64,000 nt of DNA, taken from Vicugna vicugna (Eukaryota). The stretch is taken from positions 1,861,690 to 1,925,689 of the forward strand of contig MU058384.1 in the NCBI GenBank assembly GCA_013265495.1, in the 5' to 3' direction. The translations under genes and the position numbers were made by a program. Under the pieces are notes generated by a model. That model had not been told where the DNA came from. It made no database searches and saw only the letters and a program-made list of their open reading frames with translations. This document shows positions 12,748 to 28,807 of the stretch, in pieces; the first letter of the stretch is position 1, and every line of letters starts with the position of its first letter.

Positions 12748-15700
12748 TAAAAAAAAAAAAAAAAAAAAGAAAAGAAAAAGAAATAGGAAAACTGAGGAAT
12801 AACAGCAAAAGGATGAAAGGGAATAGAGCTGGGGTCTACTCCACCTTCAGTTATGTGCATAATTTGGGGAATAGAAGAAAGAATTATAGATGATTAAAAA
12901 TTGTGACTATTTTAAAGTTCTTTTTGGCTTTGCAATAAAACAGAAATACACTTGACATAAAGGCAAACTTTCATCTAGTTCTTATGCCCAGGTTTTTTGA
13001 GGGAGGGGGGTGGCGGTGTCTCCTCAGGAAGCAGAGGGTTGAGTTAATCCCACCCCTCAGTTTGTGACACATTCTCGTTTGTTCTTAATGACTTTATTTA
13101 TTTCTCCATTTATTCATTCACACATGCATTCATTCACTCATTCTCTTTGATCTACACCCTGTCCCTCACAATGGCAAAGCATTTGACGTGGATTATATTG
13201 TTTCCATTTCTAGGTCCTCCCCATGCAGTCTGCCTTTGAATAAGTTAGGGCAGCTGGCAGGAAGGGAAGCTCCTCCCAGACTTCAGGGAATCCAAGAGTG
13301 GATTGTCTCCTGGCCAATGCTCCTACAATGGGCCAGATGGGAAAAAGGGGGAGGGTTCAGTGAAGGCAGGACCCCCAGTTTCAGTGAACCCTCACAAAAA
13401 CTGGCTAAAGGAGCTACCCCTGAGGTCCGTGCACCACCCTGGGGTGTATGAGACCCACTGCGGAGATGTGGTGTCTTCTTGAGGGAAGCTGGGCAATGTG
13501 CCTCTCTCTCTGCCTCTCTCTCGTTTCTGCTTTTCCTTAAAAGAATTGTTCCACTTATTTCTTTTGGAGAAGCAGTGACAGGAGAATGAAACTTAAGCCT
13601 ACACACACAACAAAACAATTCCTCCATGTGGTAGGTCGAACTGGCCCTGAAGGCAGATTTACCTTGCAGCCAAAGAAGTCTGAGTTAGGGCCCCTCTCGG
13701 GCCCTGACCGTAATGCCCTCTCCCTCTCTTTTTTTTTTTTTTTTTAAAGAAAATCTCCAAAACTGAGGAAGTTTCAGGCCCACAAACCCCTCAGGTCTCT
13801 GGTTGCATCTTATCCCTGCTGATGGAGTAAGGGTTTGATGAGTGACTTGTTTTCCTTCTTTTTCACTCTAATGAGTCGTGTGATCTCCATTTGTTCTTTC
13901 CTTTCTTCCTCGTATGTTGACACATCGTGTTATGCTGAACTGTCATGCAGTAGACCCAGAGAAATTCTGAAACCCTGTGTGGCTGGTGACTGCTTAACTG
14001 TGTCAACAGTAGTGCTAAATTATTTTTAATCACATAAACCACATAACAAAGATATAAGGAAAATGCTGAATACACAATACAAGTAAAAATATCTCTAATT
14101 CTATAATCTAAAACATAAACGGATTTATCTGTCTTCCTTTCCAGTTCTGCTATACATGCAGAGATTCCTTTGGTATAACTTCCATCATAAGTTACATATA
14201 ATTTAGTATCTGTCTTTTTGGTTCGTATGACAGACATATTCCCACATAGTTACAGTCTTCATAATTATATTTTGTCAAAGCTATGTCATTTTCCATTAAT
14301 TGGCTTTATCCACTGGATCTCTGATTTGGGGACATTTAGATTCCTCTCACTGTCTGTTTTACCAGATATGGCTGCAGTGAACACCATAATGCATGAGAGA
14401 TTTGTTTCCTCCCCCTCCCCTAGGAAAAAGTTCCAGAATTGGGATTACTACATCAAGCAGTACAAATGCTTTTCTTTTAATGGTCATATGGCTTTCCAAA
14501 AGAATGGTGGAAATTTATAAAGCAAGTATTAGTGTATCAATTTCATTGCAACTTGTTTAATATTGGTGGTTAACCACTCATGAACAATTTCAGTGACATA
14601 CAATGGTAGGTGTCAAAAACAGACATTTTCTCCAAAATTTGGCCCCTACCCTCACCTTGTCTATCCTTGCTCTTTTCAATAATTACTACATTGATTTCCC
14701 TTAGCCCTTCAATTTACTTACTCATACCAAGGCCATGTTCCATACTTGGATGAACTAGGCACCATTCTATTTACGATGCTGTGGCCTCACAGCAGGACAT
14801 CAGAGAAGAATCACTTATCCAGTCTGCCCACGATTTTCTTCATGAGTCAGGGCGGTTCACCCTGGTCTCCGGGAACTCCCTGAACCCACTCACTCTCCTA
14901 GCCAAGCAGTCAACCCCTTTCCAGAGATCCCAGTCAATTCAAGTCTTACAATACTTTGGCATTTCTATCACATCCTGTAGTAAACTTTTAAACCCAAAAG
15001 ATTGTGCTAGGAAAAATGAATAGGAGAAAATTGACCCCCAAGACCCACTACATATCCTTTTCAGAAAGGAAAAATTATGAAGAATTTCAGTCTTCTACTT
15101 GGTGACTAAAACCTATTTCCCTGCTTACTGATTTGGATATTAATATAGAGTGTCTGAAATATAAGTGTTAACATAGAATAAATCATTAAATTTCAAAGCT
15201 GTGAATCAAACTGTCACTCTAGCTCATGCATCCTTATAGATTCTAAATCCTATAATATCAACTATTGTATGTATTCATTAATAAATAAGGACATCTTGTG
15301 ACTAAATTAAGAAATGATCTGGAAGAAATATTTTTAAAAATTTCCTCAATTTTAAAATAGTCACAACCAACATTACTAATACTACTCTAATTTAGTATTT
15401 GGCATTAATTTTACTTTTTTAGCATAATAACAGAGAGAGAATAAGAGAAATTGCAGATAAAAATCCTATATGCCTGTTATAATTATACAGAAGAACCATG
15501 TCTAAATACATTATTAAATCACTAAGCCCGCATTTGACTGAAGATGACTCAGTTGCAATATGTTTGCTTTCATTCATTAAGAAACCCCATAAGCATTCAC
15601 ATAAATCTGAAGTATTTAAACAAAATTAGCCACACTCTAAAAATAAATTGTCAGAAATTTAAGGGGTTTTCTTAAGAGCAAAGCAAGATAGACCTGGGTA

Positions 15701-15835
15701 AATTCCAAATGTAAATGATCTTGCAGTAAAGCTAGAACATTAAATGGTCAACGAGCAAGCACAAATCACCTCTTCCAACTGATGAAACACATGTAAGGTA
15801 TCATCCTCTTGATGCTCAAATAAATCCGTGTAAAG

Positions 15836-16023
15836 CAGTGTTCCCCCAAACAGGGGTGGCAACATCTGTCTGGAGATGTTCTGGACGTCACAATCGAGGG
15901 TGCTGCCGGCATCTAGTGGGTAGGGGCCAGAGACGCTGCTAAACAGCCTGCAGTGCACAGGACAGCCCCCTCAGCAAACACTTACCTGACCCCCAAGGTC
16001 TGGTGCTAAGGGTGAGAAGCCTG
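15836..16023 (+). mobile_element. MER20 hAT-Charlie element
   Basis: GGTGCTGCCGGCATCTAGTGGGTAGGGGCCAGAGACGCTGCTAAACAGCCTGCAGTGCACAGGACAGCCCCC is the MER20 core. Confidence 0.85.
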
Positions 16024-16794
16024 ACAGATGGTTCAATCCTCCAAGGTCCAAATCATAATGGCCATAATAATAACAATACATAAGTTTCAGGAAAGGACAT
16101 GTAAAGTCCAAATGGAAGCACGAGAAGTTTCACCCCTATCTAATAACTATGGTGCAAAATGAGATTAGCATGAAAAACACATACTAAAATATCATTGATT
16201 TCCCAGCCGAACCTCTAGAAGGATACCAATTTCAATCAACATTAATAGTAATAATGGCCTGGTTTTCCCTGATGCTAATTCTCACTAATAAGTAAAAATT
16301 GCCCTTAAGTCTGAAGATGGAATATCATGTGTGAATATCCCCAGCTTAATCTGGCAAGGGTTTATTATGGACATTTCAGTGTGGCGGATGTGAACTGAAG
16401 AAAGTATGACAGTCCTGTTGTTCTAGTTCAGAAAGAATAAACGCTTTTTCAAGACAGGATACCTGAGACACGTATCAAGACTTTGTGTGCATACCCATTT
16501 GCATGCGGCTCTGCAAGGCACCAGGAGCACCCAGGGTCCTGAAGCACCCAAGGGCTCCCAGGCCTTTTCCTCTTCATTAGCCAACAAGGCCATTATTAGG
16601 ACGAGCACCCACCTGGCTTACGCACCATTAATGCCTGAGGGAACTAAGTACAGCACAGGAGACAGCTCTGGACTAAGGGTTCCAGTTTGCACTTGGCCAC
16701 ACTGATTGTCAGTCCGAGATCCACACTTTTGGTACGCTAGTCTCTGGCGGTTAAACCCCAAACTCCCCAACTCCAACTAGAATTCCATAAAATT

Positions 16795-16986
16795 TGCTGC
16801 CAAATTTACCAGCTAAAAATACAGAATGCCCAGTTAACTCTGCATTTCAAGTAAACCAACAATAATTTTTTTTAGTAAAAGTACATCCCATGTAATACTT
16901 TGAATATACTTTTACTAAAAACTTATTCCTTATTTATTTGAAATTCAAATTTAACTAGGTGTCCCACATTTTATCTGACACTCCTA
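16795..16986. mobile_element. MER53 palindromic MITE
   Basis: AAAATACAGAATGCCCAGTTAA...TGAAATTCAAATTTAACTAGGTGTCC...TTATCTGACACTCCTA; internal 15-bp perfect inverted repeat. Confidence 0.8.
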
Positions 16987-17349
16987 CCCAGAACTTTAGC
17001 ACCCCTAGACGTAAAGCCCAGGGGTCCTTGCTTCATTTTTCACAGTGCCCCTGATACTCTGGCTGTGGCTGCTGGAAGAGGTGTCACCTGTGCTCAGCAG
17101 AAACACGGGTCATGATTTACTTGCCATGAGCACGGAGGGTGCAGGAAGGGGTGGGAGTGGGTGGGAGCAAGGCTTTCTACAGATGTTTGCCATGAGGGCT
17201 GCTGAGTTGTGCAGTGGCTACTTCTGAAACTTTGGTGACAAATCATCAGTGCTTATGTATTTGAGAGGTACATTCTCCTCTCCTCCTTTCTCACAACCCC
17301 CAGACTGCATCTTCTATTTACCAGGAAGCTGCTTTTCACTTTCCTATTT

Positions 17350-17471
17350 ATTTATTTATTTATTTATTTTTAAATTGAGTTATACTCAGTTTACAATGCC
17401 GTGTCAATTTCTGGCGTACAGCACAACTTTTCAGTCATACATGAATATACATATATTCATTTTCATATTCT
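17350..17471 (-). mobile_element. Very short L1 3'-end insertion with (TTTA)n tail and TSD
   Basis: (ATTT)n then AATTGAGTTATACTCAGTTTACAATG...TCTGGCGTACAGCA; flanked by TTTTCACTTTCCTATTT at 17333-17349 and 17472-17488. Confidence 0.75.
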
Positions 17472-17918
17472 TTTTCACTTTCCTATTTTTAAAAATAGTT
17501 GCTAAAGCTTGTTTTGAGAAAGAATTGTCAGAATTAAACGTAAACCAAGCAGACACACCACTGACCACTTTCCTAACACAAGGCATTACTGTGAATCCTG
17601 AGACCTGCCGTTCTATATTGACTGGCGTCATTAGACGGACTCAAGAAAGATGAAACTATTTCTAGACCACCAAAAAGAAGATCAAAGTAAAAGAGATCAA
17701 TAATAGTAACGATGAAGGAAAAACCTATAAATGTTATGCTCGTAAAACCGTACCTACAAGTACTGCAAAAGTCAGCATTTACGAAGTTCATCGGATTCCG
17801 CAGGGACAGTGCTATCCAAACAAGCATAGAGTGACCTTGAGGCATTTCCTCTCTTACTCCTTTTCCATCGACTTAAAATAGATTCCATTTTCTTTCACGT
17901 TTGCACACCCACGTCTAG

Positions 17919-18387
<469 letters not shown>

Positions 18388-19599
18388 TCACATTCCTCCT
18401 ACCTTTTTCTTATGTGGAGTTTGTTTTCTTTTGTTTTTTTAAGGTGGGCCCTTAGTTCTACTCTTTAAAATACAAATTTATAAAAATTCATCATTTTTGT
18501 ATGATAATGAAAATTGCAGGACATGAAATAAATTGACACAAAGCTAACTGACAGGATAAGATAAGATTGAGAGCCAAAATGTCAATAGTCATCTGAAAAA
18601 AAGAAGCTACTTGGGAAAACACTGAAGCTCTTCAAGCTTAATTATTCAATCTAAAAATAATAGACTGATCAGTTCACTCAGTCTGCATGGGTTTCATTAA
18701 TTACAGTGTAAGCCTCTAGCAGTGTGGTTAATTTGATTACACACAGACACTAGCTCCATTCAACGAAGCAAGATGCAGAGCTCTCCAAGATAATACTGCA
18801 TGCTCCACAATCCCCCTTCCAGCCGAAGATCCTAAAGCTTTCGACAAACAAGAATTAATTAGACATCAATATTCCTGTGATAGTTATTATTACATGTGTT
18901 TTTTTAAAAAGATACTCTAAGAAACAGATTAAGATCATTACTGAGTTTGTACAACAGAGTTAGGAAGAAAAATAGAATAGGGTAATAGCTGCTTATATTC
19001 CAAAATCGTTTTTTGGTATCTGGGAAATGAGAGGCCAGTGTGATGAACTCTCTCAAATTACAAGCTGTAGGAAATGAGTTTCTGGCATCTCTTTAATCAT
19101 TGCATGAGGACCATCAAAACCCAAGTTAGACGGGAATGGGAGCATCATCCTCAGCTTGATGTGTAATCGAGTAATAGCACTCTGTGTTTGCATAAATCTC
19201 CTGGCTTTCAGTAAGGATGTACAGTAAGGAGATAAGAATTAAATCAGACAAAGTGAGAAGACTTATCAACAAAGATATTTAAGGAGTGCAATGATATGGC
19301 TTGGTCTCTTTGGACAGCATTCAAAGACAGAATGATGGAAGTGGCAGGAGACCTGGTAGGTGTACCCAGACACCCTCAGTAGTGGCTTCCAGTTATGGAC
19401 AATGGAATTAAGTATCATTGTTATGCGAGGACTTGTGTTAAGTGCTTTACATACGGTATTGTATTTAATCTTCACAACAACCCTATAAGGGTTAGTATCT
19501 CCATTTTATTGAAGAAACTGAGACTCAGCAATCCAAGTCAGTTGCCTAAGGTCATGCATATTTTAAGTGCCAAAATCAAGATTCAAATCCAAAATATTT

Positions 19600-22185
19600 T
19601 CTATTTCCCTTCTGATTACTTCTTTGACCCATGGATTATTTAGAAGTGTTATTTAATTCTTATAGCCCATCATTTTTGGTCTATCTTGATAAACATACTA
19701 TATGCACTTGGAAAGAATGCCCGTTCTTCAGATGTTAGGTATAGTGTTGCGTAAGTAACAGTTAGCTCTAGATTATTTATGTCTTTATTGAATGTTTGTC
19801 TTGTTGTTCTATCAGTTGCTGGGGGATGGGTGTTAAAAGTCTCCTCCTGTAACTGTGGGATTGGCTACTTCTTCTAATTATGTCAAATTTTGCTTCATGT
19901 TTTTTGAGGCATTAATATAATGTACATATACAATGATGATTTTTACACCTCCTTGATGAATTGGCTGTTTTATCACTATAGATGTCTATATTGTCTGATA
20001 CCAATTTAGCCACTCCAGTTTTCTTACTTTTATTGCATGCATGGTATATCTTTTTCCATATGCTTATTTTCAACCTGGGTCTTTATATTTAAAGTACGTC
20101 TGTTATAGACAGTATATAATTCAACCTTGCTTCTTTTCATTCTTGTAATATTTGCCATTTAATTGAAGTAGCAGTCATTAACATATAATGTAATTATTGG
20201 AGTGGATATACATCTTCCATTTTATTATTTATTTATTATTTGTCACCTCTGTTTCCTGTTCCTCCATGCTTTTCCTGCCTTCTTTTGTATTATTTGAATA
20301 TTTTTAAATTCTTATTTTGATTTATCTCTTGGATTTTTAATTATACCTCTTTCTACTTTAAGTAGTTGCTCTATGATTATTATATACATTACTAACCTTT
20401 CACAGTCTGGAGTTAATACTGTATCACTTCACATAATATGTAGAAACATTACAAATAAATGGGTTCACTTACTACCCCCATCTTTACATTTACATACACT
20501 TATAAAGCCCATGAGACAATGTTATAATTTTTACTTTAAACAATTACACATTTTTTTAAGTTAAAGGCAAAAACTGTCTTCTATTTTTAATCCAGATATT
20601 TACCATTTTTCATGCTTTTTATTCCTTCTGAAGCCTTACACTTCTGTCTGGTGTCATTCCCTTCAGCCTGAAGAACCTCCTTTAGCATTTCATACAGCAT
20701 AGGCTAATTCTCTTATTTCATATATTTAAAAATCTCTTTATTTTGCTTTTATGATTTAAGGCTATGTTCATTGGATATAGAATTCTGGGTTGACAAGATT
20801 TTTTTCCTTTTCCTTCTTTCACTCAGCCTTTTATAGATTCTGTATTCTGGCCTCCATAATTTCTGATGAAAATCAATAATAATTTGAATTATTGGTCCCC
20901 AGTATGTGATATGTCATTTATCTCTGGCTACTTTCAAGGTTTTTCTATGTATTTTTGGTTTTCAGATCTTCGACTTCTTTATGCCCAGGTGTGATTTTCT
21001 TCATATTTATCCTACTTGGGATTTGCTGAGCTCTTATACCTGTAATTATGTCTTTCCACAAATTTGGGGAGGTTTTAGCCATTATTTCTTCAAATAGTTT
21101 TTCTGCCCCATTCTCTCTCTCTCCTTCTGAGATTCTAACTCCATTTACATTGGAACAATTGAAATTATTCCACAGGTCCTTGAGTCTCTCTCCATGTTCT
21201 TCACCAATACTATTTTCCTTTTATACCCAGATTAGATCATTTGTCTATTTTAGTATTCACTGACTCTTTCCCCTGTTATCTCTATTCTGCTCTAAGTCCA
21301 TCCAGTGATTTTAAAATTTCATATTTTGTAACTTTTAACTCCAGAATTTCCATTTTGTTCTTCCTTACAGATTATTCTTCTCTCCTGAGAGTTCCTATCT
21401 TTTCATTTATTGAGATAATATTTTCCTTTGTATCAATGAGCATAATCATAATGCCTGCTTTAAAATTTCTTGTCAGCTGATTCCACATCTATGTCTTTAT
21501 GGAATAGGCCTCCTCTAAATATCTTTTCTTTTGAGAATGAGTCACATTTTCTTGGTTCTTCATATGTCAATTTACTATAGATTATACCCTGAATGTTGTG
21601 GCTGTTATGCTGTAGAGAATATGGACTCTATAATACTCCTTGAAGAATGTTGATTTTTTTTTAAGCAGACAAGTAACTTGATTAGAGTCAAACTACAAAT
21701 CTCTCTCTTGTGCAGCAGCTCTACTTTCATTTCCTTTTTTTTTTTTCCTTTAGCTAGGCTGCTTTGAGTCTGCCTTACACATGTGTGGTTCAAGGTCAGC
21801 TAAAGATTTGGACAGAGTTTATTTATAGAATTTAGGGCTCTCTTTCTATAACTCTCTCTTTCCTGGGAATCTCCCCTCACCTTCTAGTAGCTGTAGTTTC
21901 TGGCATTCTGTACTCTCATTCTTCAGGCCAGAAAGATGGTAGATTTTCTATGAGAGTCTTGCCCATTCCATGCAGCCACCAACTGCAGTCCTCCCTCAAG
22001 ATAAAGCCATATAAACTGGGAGACTTACAATATACCATTCCCTTTCTACAGGTGTCGACTTCCCTCCAGAATCCACCTGATTTTGTTTACTCTCCAATGT
22101 CTTTAAGTAGTTGTTTTGTCCAGAGTTTACAGCTGTCATCTACAGAGGGGTCAGGGTGGTATAAGCTTCCTTGGCCACATTAGTG
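19600..22185 (-). mobile_element. Old, degraded L1M-type fragment(s) in intron 4
   Basis: T-rich L1 antisense motifs (TGGATATAGAATTCTGGGTTGACA, TTTGGGGAGGTTTTAGCCATTATTTCTTCAAATA); no intact ORF. Confidence 0.7.
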
Positions 22186-24681
22186 AAATAACCTAAGTAT
22201 ATCTGAATCAAAATTCCACATGCTAGGAGTTTGGGAAGCTATAGAAAGAGAATGCATATCTAGGCTCTTTCCACCACTATAAATTTTAACTTTCACTATT
22301 CCTTATTAAAACTAATTCTTCAATGAGTCAAAAAAGCTGCATGAAAATCTCATAGTTTACGATAATTTAGAAAAAGACCAGTGAAAGTCCGAGATACAGG
22401 TTTATTTCGACAACATACTACATATATTTGAAGCAATAAATCTGAGCCTCAAATTATACTGTAAAAGAACTGCTCTGTAAGAAATGGGTGTCTCAGGCAA
22501 CATGATTTTAGTAAAGAAATAAGTAGGATTTGTTATCAGAATATCACAAAATTTTAATGTGGAAAAGACTATAGGAATCTTCTAGTTCAAACTACTCATA
22601 TGTCTACAGGTAAAGTAACAATTCATTGATTCATTAAATATATATTTACTGAATACCTATGGATTGTGTGCCAGACACAACATTGGTTCTAAAATGCACA
22701 GTGATGCTTGCAAAGTTGTTTTCTTAAGTTATTTCAAATTCTGTCCCTCAATCTTCTTTGCATTATTAATTTTCACTTTGAATTATGTACATGATAAAAA
22801 AAGAAAACTTAATCTCAGACATTGTCTAAATGATTGCATTTTCTTGATGAATGGATTCTAAATTTTATAAGATTGCAGTAGGTTTATTTTTCTCTCATTG
22901 AAAAACAATGTAATGTAAAATGAAAGATGCCATTTTGTGGGCTAGGATTGGGTGCTATGATGGTCTGACACGTGTTTAATGCCATGCTAACAGCTATACC
23001 TTCTTTCTGTAGCCAGTGGCCAGTGAAAAACTCAGACCTTCTGGGTAACATGGGATGATTCTTTCATTTACTCATTCATTCATGGATGGAATAATTATGA
23101 ACGCAAATGGCATTCAGGTTATGGACTGTACCTCTATGAGTAGGAAGTTGTTGGCTTCTAAACTAATCACTTAATAAGGAAACAATCACTGTCATATGTA
23201 TATTCAATTGCTCTTAACAGACGGCCATAATTACTCTTAGCAAAATACATGTAGTAAGTGTTAGCATACAAAGTTCAGGGAAATATCTCCAACAGCTAAT
23301 TTCTTCAGATTAGGAAGTATTGATTTCCTCTACAATATCTGTAAGAAATTCCCACTCAATCAATGTTTATTCCATGAAAAATTATGATTCTGATACCAAG
23401 AGTTATATTAGAGCTAGAAAATGTGTTAATATTGTAGAAGAAAGGAGACACCTAATGATAAATTAAAATATTTCCAGAGCATATATTTTCAGCATCAGTT
23501 TTTCTTTTGATCACATTATTCTACTATCATAATAAGGATTTGCACAATTACTTCTGTTTCTATCAGTACTTCTTTTTAAAAATCCTGTTATATAACTTCA
23601 TCGTGATAGGCAACTAAATGCAGTATAATTTTACTTGCCAACAATGAAGCAAGCTTTCATAATAACAATTAATCAGAACTGAAAGGAATCCTAAAATGTC
23701 TGTATCACTTGTCAGCAGTGTCTCTATCTTTGGTGTCATGTTGCAGGATTAAACCCTTTTATTCTAGAAGAATGAGATGAATAATCACAAAGCAAATAAT
23801 TCTCAATATAGATATGGGGGAAATTTGGTTACATTGTTAGTAGTTAGCAATGAAGGGGGAGTTTTGATTTAGGAGAAAAGAGAACAGAAATGATATAAAA
23901 GTTAATTTCTAATTCTTAAGTGTTAACAAAGCAGAAGAAGGGAAAATTAGATGTTTCACTTTAGAGTTAAAGAAGATTTGAAACTTAATATTGCTTTCAG
24001 ATTCAAAATTTACATTGAACATTTCAATTACTCTATGTGACATGTGGAATGACTGTCCCTTCAGAAATAAAATATCCAGCATATTTTCTCAGATTGCCTT
24101 TGACATTCTTGAATTGCTATAATTCACCTATAGTTATCTTAGTTTCCTTTCCAAGCTTTTTAGTGAAAGCTTTTTTTTTAACTAAGAAAAAGTTTATATT
24201 GTGATCACTTATACTTACAAAATTGGGGGAATACAAGAATTTGGGGAACACATGATTAATATGCCGTCTTTTTATAGAGGAACATAAGATCTATTGTTCT
24301 TCTTTCTGTGCCAAACCAAGGGAACACATGATCTGTCCCATCAATCAGTAAAACTGAGTGGCCTTTTTCTCAGGCCACAGCCAAGAGAGCAAAACCTTAT
24401 AACTGCATGTTTGTTAGAAACTGATGTACTGTATTCACTCAGCAGGAGACTCGTCATCTTTAAAACAAGACTATTCATCACCAGCTGTCAAATTCAAGGC
24501 CCTTGCTGCACCTGCTCTGAGTGACTGTCTATTCACAACTGAAAGCTTTGCTCAAACATTTATTTTGGGGCTGAGCAATGTTACTTGTAGAGAACAGAGA
24601 AAAAATATCCTACTTAACCCTGCACACTAATCTCCTTTCATTGACCAAACCCTGAGTTCTGTAAACCCAGGGTGCTTATAA

Positions 24682-24933
<252 letters not shown>

Positions 24934-26174
24934 TGAGAAGCCTTGCATACAGATCCGCATCTGGGCTGTGGCAGTGGGAAACTTGGTTAATAACAAAGTT
25001 ATGGCCAGCTCTCTCAATTGATTAATATTTAGGATTGGATTTCTTTTACTAGCCAAAATAAAAACAGATGGTATTACAAAATACCTGGCTGAAAGTCATG
25101 CAGGATTTCTTCAAAACTGGAATCACTGCAAAGAAAAGACAATAAATAGAAAGCGACGGGCCATGAGCACAGTTATCCCTGAAAACAGTATTTCTCAGCC
25201 TTTTTAAACACCCCCTACTGAGCCAAAAAAGATCTCACACATTCCCTCCTAAGAATCACCATGTCATCTAAATTAAAAGTCTTCATTGTACATATCCCAC
25301 AAGCCAATAACAGTATTATATACGATCAAGATCAGTCCTGCTCCAGAGGAGAGCAGGCAAAAATAAAAGGGAAGAAGATGAAAAGAAAATGTCCATACTC
25401 TTCCCAGAGATCTCAGATGGGAACTGCTGGTAGACTAGGTGTATATTCCTGGGATTGGTTCTAAGTAAGGCCCAAGGATAGAATTCCACATGTCCTCTTG
25501 CCAGTGGGACCTCCTAATGACCAAGAAATTCTCCATAATGAGGCAGAGGTGGAAGCTTCTTTTCAAGGTAATCAAAAAGTCAAAAGGTGCAGAGGAGGCA
25601 CATTTGCACATCAGTTTATCTGTGACCCTCAGTCTTATCTTGCCCACCAGAGCAACAGAGTTGAAGTCAGGGGGTTCCTGCCTCAGTTCTGGACCCAGGG
25701 CCACAGGCAATACCTCAGGGCTTCCTCACAACCCTTGAGGCAAGAACGTGGAGGAGGATTCATCATGACAAACTGCATTAATGTTGTGATTAAAAGTGGT
25801 TTTATAGTCATTGAAAGAGTCAAACTACCAAGAGATGGTGCAGTGGCCTTTGCAATACACATCACTGTCTGTGCTGTCTAGCATGATAACTAGCATCATA
25901 TCTGATAGTTACCAACTTCAGAAAAATAACGTTGGGACCTTTTGGAGTTAGCATTGCTGAGCTCTGTGAACTCTGGTACCTCCACCTTTTGCAGCCATTT
26001 TCGGGTAGTGAAAAATGCAGGGGACTCCACCAATTTGGGGCTTTTATACGAAACCATAAGTGGTGCCAACTTCTCTCTTTTTTTAAATCTTAAAGTCCAG
26101 AGAAAATGTGTCTATGTCAACGTTGCTTTTTTATTTTACAATTTTCAGCACCAGTGATAATAAGTCAAGTGTGA

Positions 26175-26369
<195 letters not shown>

Positions 26370-27229
26370 TGAGAAAGCTGTTTCTGGTGATGGTCATAGA
26401 GCACTAGACTGATGAGAAAAGAGCTTAAGCTTCCCTGGAGAATGAGACTGGGCAACCCAGCAGGAGGCACTGTACCTACAGTGTTTTTTACATAAAATAG
26501 TCATGCATCCATTCAACAAATCTTTTTCAAGATGCTACACATCATTCCCAGTGCTGGGGTGTAGCAGCAAACAGGAGGGAGCAGGTCACATCCCAGCAGA
26601 CAGACTATTAACTGGGAAGAGACGGGCAATAAACAAGCAAACAAACAAGGAAGGATAATTTCAGATAATAATTCGTGCTATTAGGGAAATAAGGAGGAAC
26701 TGAGAAGGGGCAGAAGGAGGGGGCCTACTTTAGCCTGAGTGACTAGGAAGGCCTCCAGGAGGGGGGCATGCTTGAGCTGCACCCTGCCTGCTGAGAGGGG
26801 ATCAGAGCGGAGGTCTCCAGCAGCAGTGTCTGTATCAGAGACAAAGGTCCTGATGCTGGAACCAGCTTGGCACCCTCCAGAAATAGGAAAAGATTAGGGT
26901 AGCAAAAGCACGTTGAACCACTCAGTTGGCCAGAGAGGGCGCTGCAGGTCTTCCACTCCGCAGCTGCCTCAGACCCCTTATACAGTGAGTCAGTTGCACG
27001 TCTATCATAATTAATCTTCACTACTCTCTGGGAGGCACAGAGGAACATATATAACCCCTTTTACAGATGGAGAGGTCAAGACTAACTTGGATAAGAAAAA
27101 AGATGTCTCCAAGTTCTTAAAAATAATGATTTTTATTGTTTTTGCTCTGATTTTAAAAATGGACTTTTTTTTTTCTTACAATGGGGTAAACAAAAAGGAA
27201 AAATTTATGTCAATCTATCTTGAAATAAA

Positions 27230-27985
27230 ATAGAAACTTCTTAACTGACAGTCACCTGACTGACTAACCAGCTGTTCCATGGTATTCACCATTCCCTGTA
27301 AGCGTACTGACAGATGCCCATAGCATGTTGAATCCTGTGACTAGTTAGCCACTCTGTCTACATGTAGAGAGGTATTCCAATTAAGTAAGTTGTCCAATTA
27401 AGTAAGATGTAGGTTACCAAGAATCGAGTCTCTGCTCCTAAACTTCTCTTTCCAGTTATCCTTGGTTTTGTATGATGTAAACCAACAGAATGATACATAA
27501 ACTGACAAAATATGTTGTTAAAAGAAAGAGTTGTTTCTATGAAAACCATGCTTAATGCTTTGAAAGACTAAATGTAGGCAAATAGCAAAAAACAATTGTC
27601 AGGTTAGGTGTGAGCAGCTATAAAAGACTGGAAAAAAGCTGTAAAATTCAAGAGAATTATCCAATCAAGCTGCTTTACAAATATCTTAGGTCTTTAGGTT
27701 CTAGCGCTATCATTTAAAATAGAAAAAAATTATAGCTTTTATATGGAACATTATGGATATGATTTCTGTAAAAACAAAAAAAAACAACCAAAAAAACCCT
27801 CTGAATTCTGATCAGAAGATCCATACCCAAAACAAAGATCATAGCCCTACATCAAAGTTGATGAGTAAATGAACATATATCTTAAGTTAAAATAACGTTT
27901 TACCTAAGTGTGTGTCATTTTTATGCCTAAAACAACTTTTACAATTTAACCCATCAGTTCCAGTTCTGATCGTGTTTGCTGTAAA
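27230..27985 (+). mobile_element. Tigger13a-like TcMar fragment
   Basis: AAAAGAAAGAGTTGTTTCTATGAAAACC...AATGCTTTGAAAGACT...TTAGGTGTGAGCAG resembles a decayed Tigger transposase N-terminal region. Confidence 0.5.
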
Positions 27986-28564
27986 GGCCTTGGTTGTATT
28001 TGAAGGGCTGCCTTAGGGAAAGGGGATGAGACTTCCTTTGTAAACCTTATACAGGATTTGCAATAATAGGTCAGATTTCTAACCCAGTGATTCTCAGATT
28101 TTAATCCATTCGCTATAAGTACAGATTCTAATCACACCCTATGCTTCCTAACATATTCTCTGAGAGGGATCTGCATTTTAACATGCCCCCGAGGAGATTC
28201 TGATGCAGGGTATGATGGAGAACAATGGTCTGATATTAAGGAACAGTTGCTCAGAACAATGTCCCAGGTAAGGATGTTCTGGAAGGGTTCAAGCAGAGGC
28301 TGAATGATGGTTGGCAGGATTGCTACAGAAGGTTCCAGAATTTGGTGGGAGGTTGAATTTTGTGCAATTCATACTTGGAGTTGGAGATTTTTCTCTCCCT
28401 TTTTCCCATTAGAGTCACTAATTTTTAGTCAAGAATTCAACTTTTTAGACTAGTCGTTTTCTCAGCTTCCTTAGATTCTTTACAAAGTCCCCCCCAAAAA
28501 AATTACTTAAGAGGATTAATTAGCAAGTTATTCAGTTTACACACCAATTACAACAAAATGGTAA

Positions 28565-28807
<243 letters not shown>

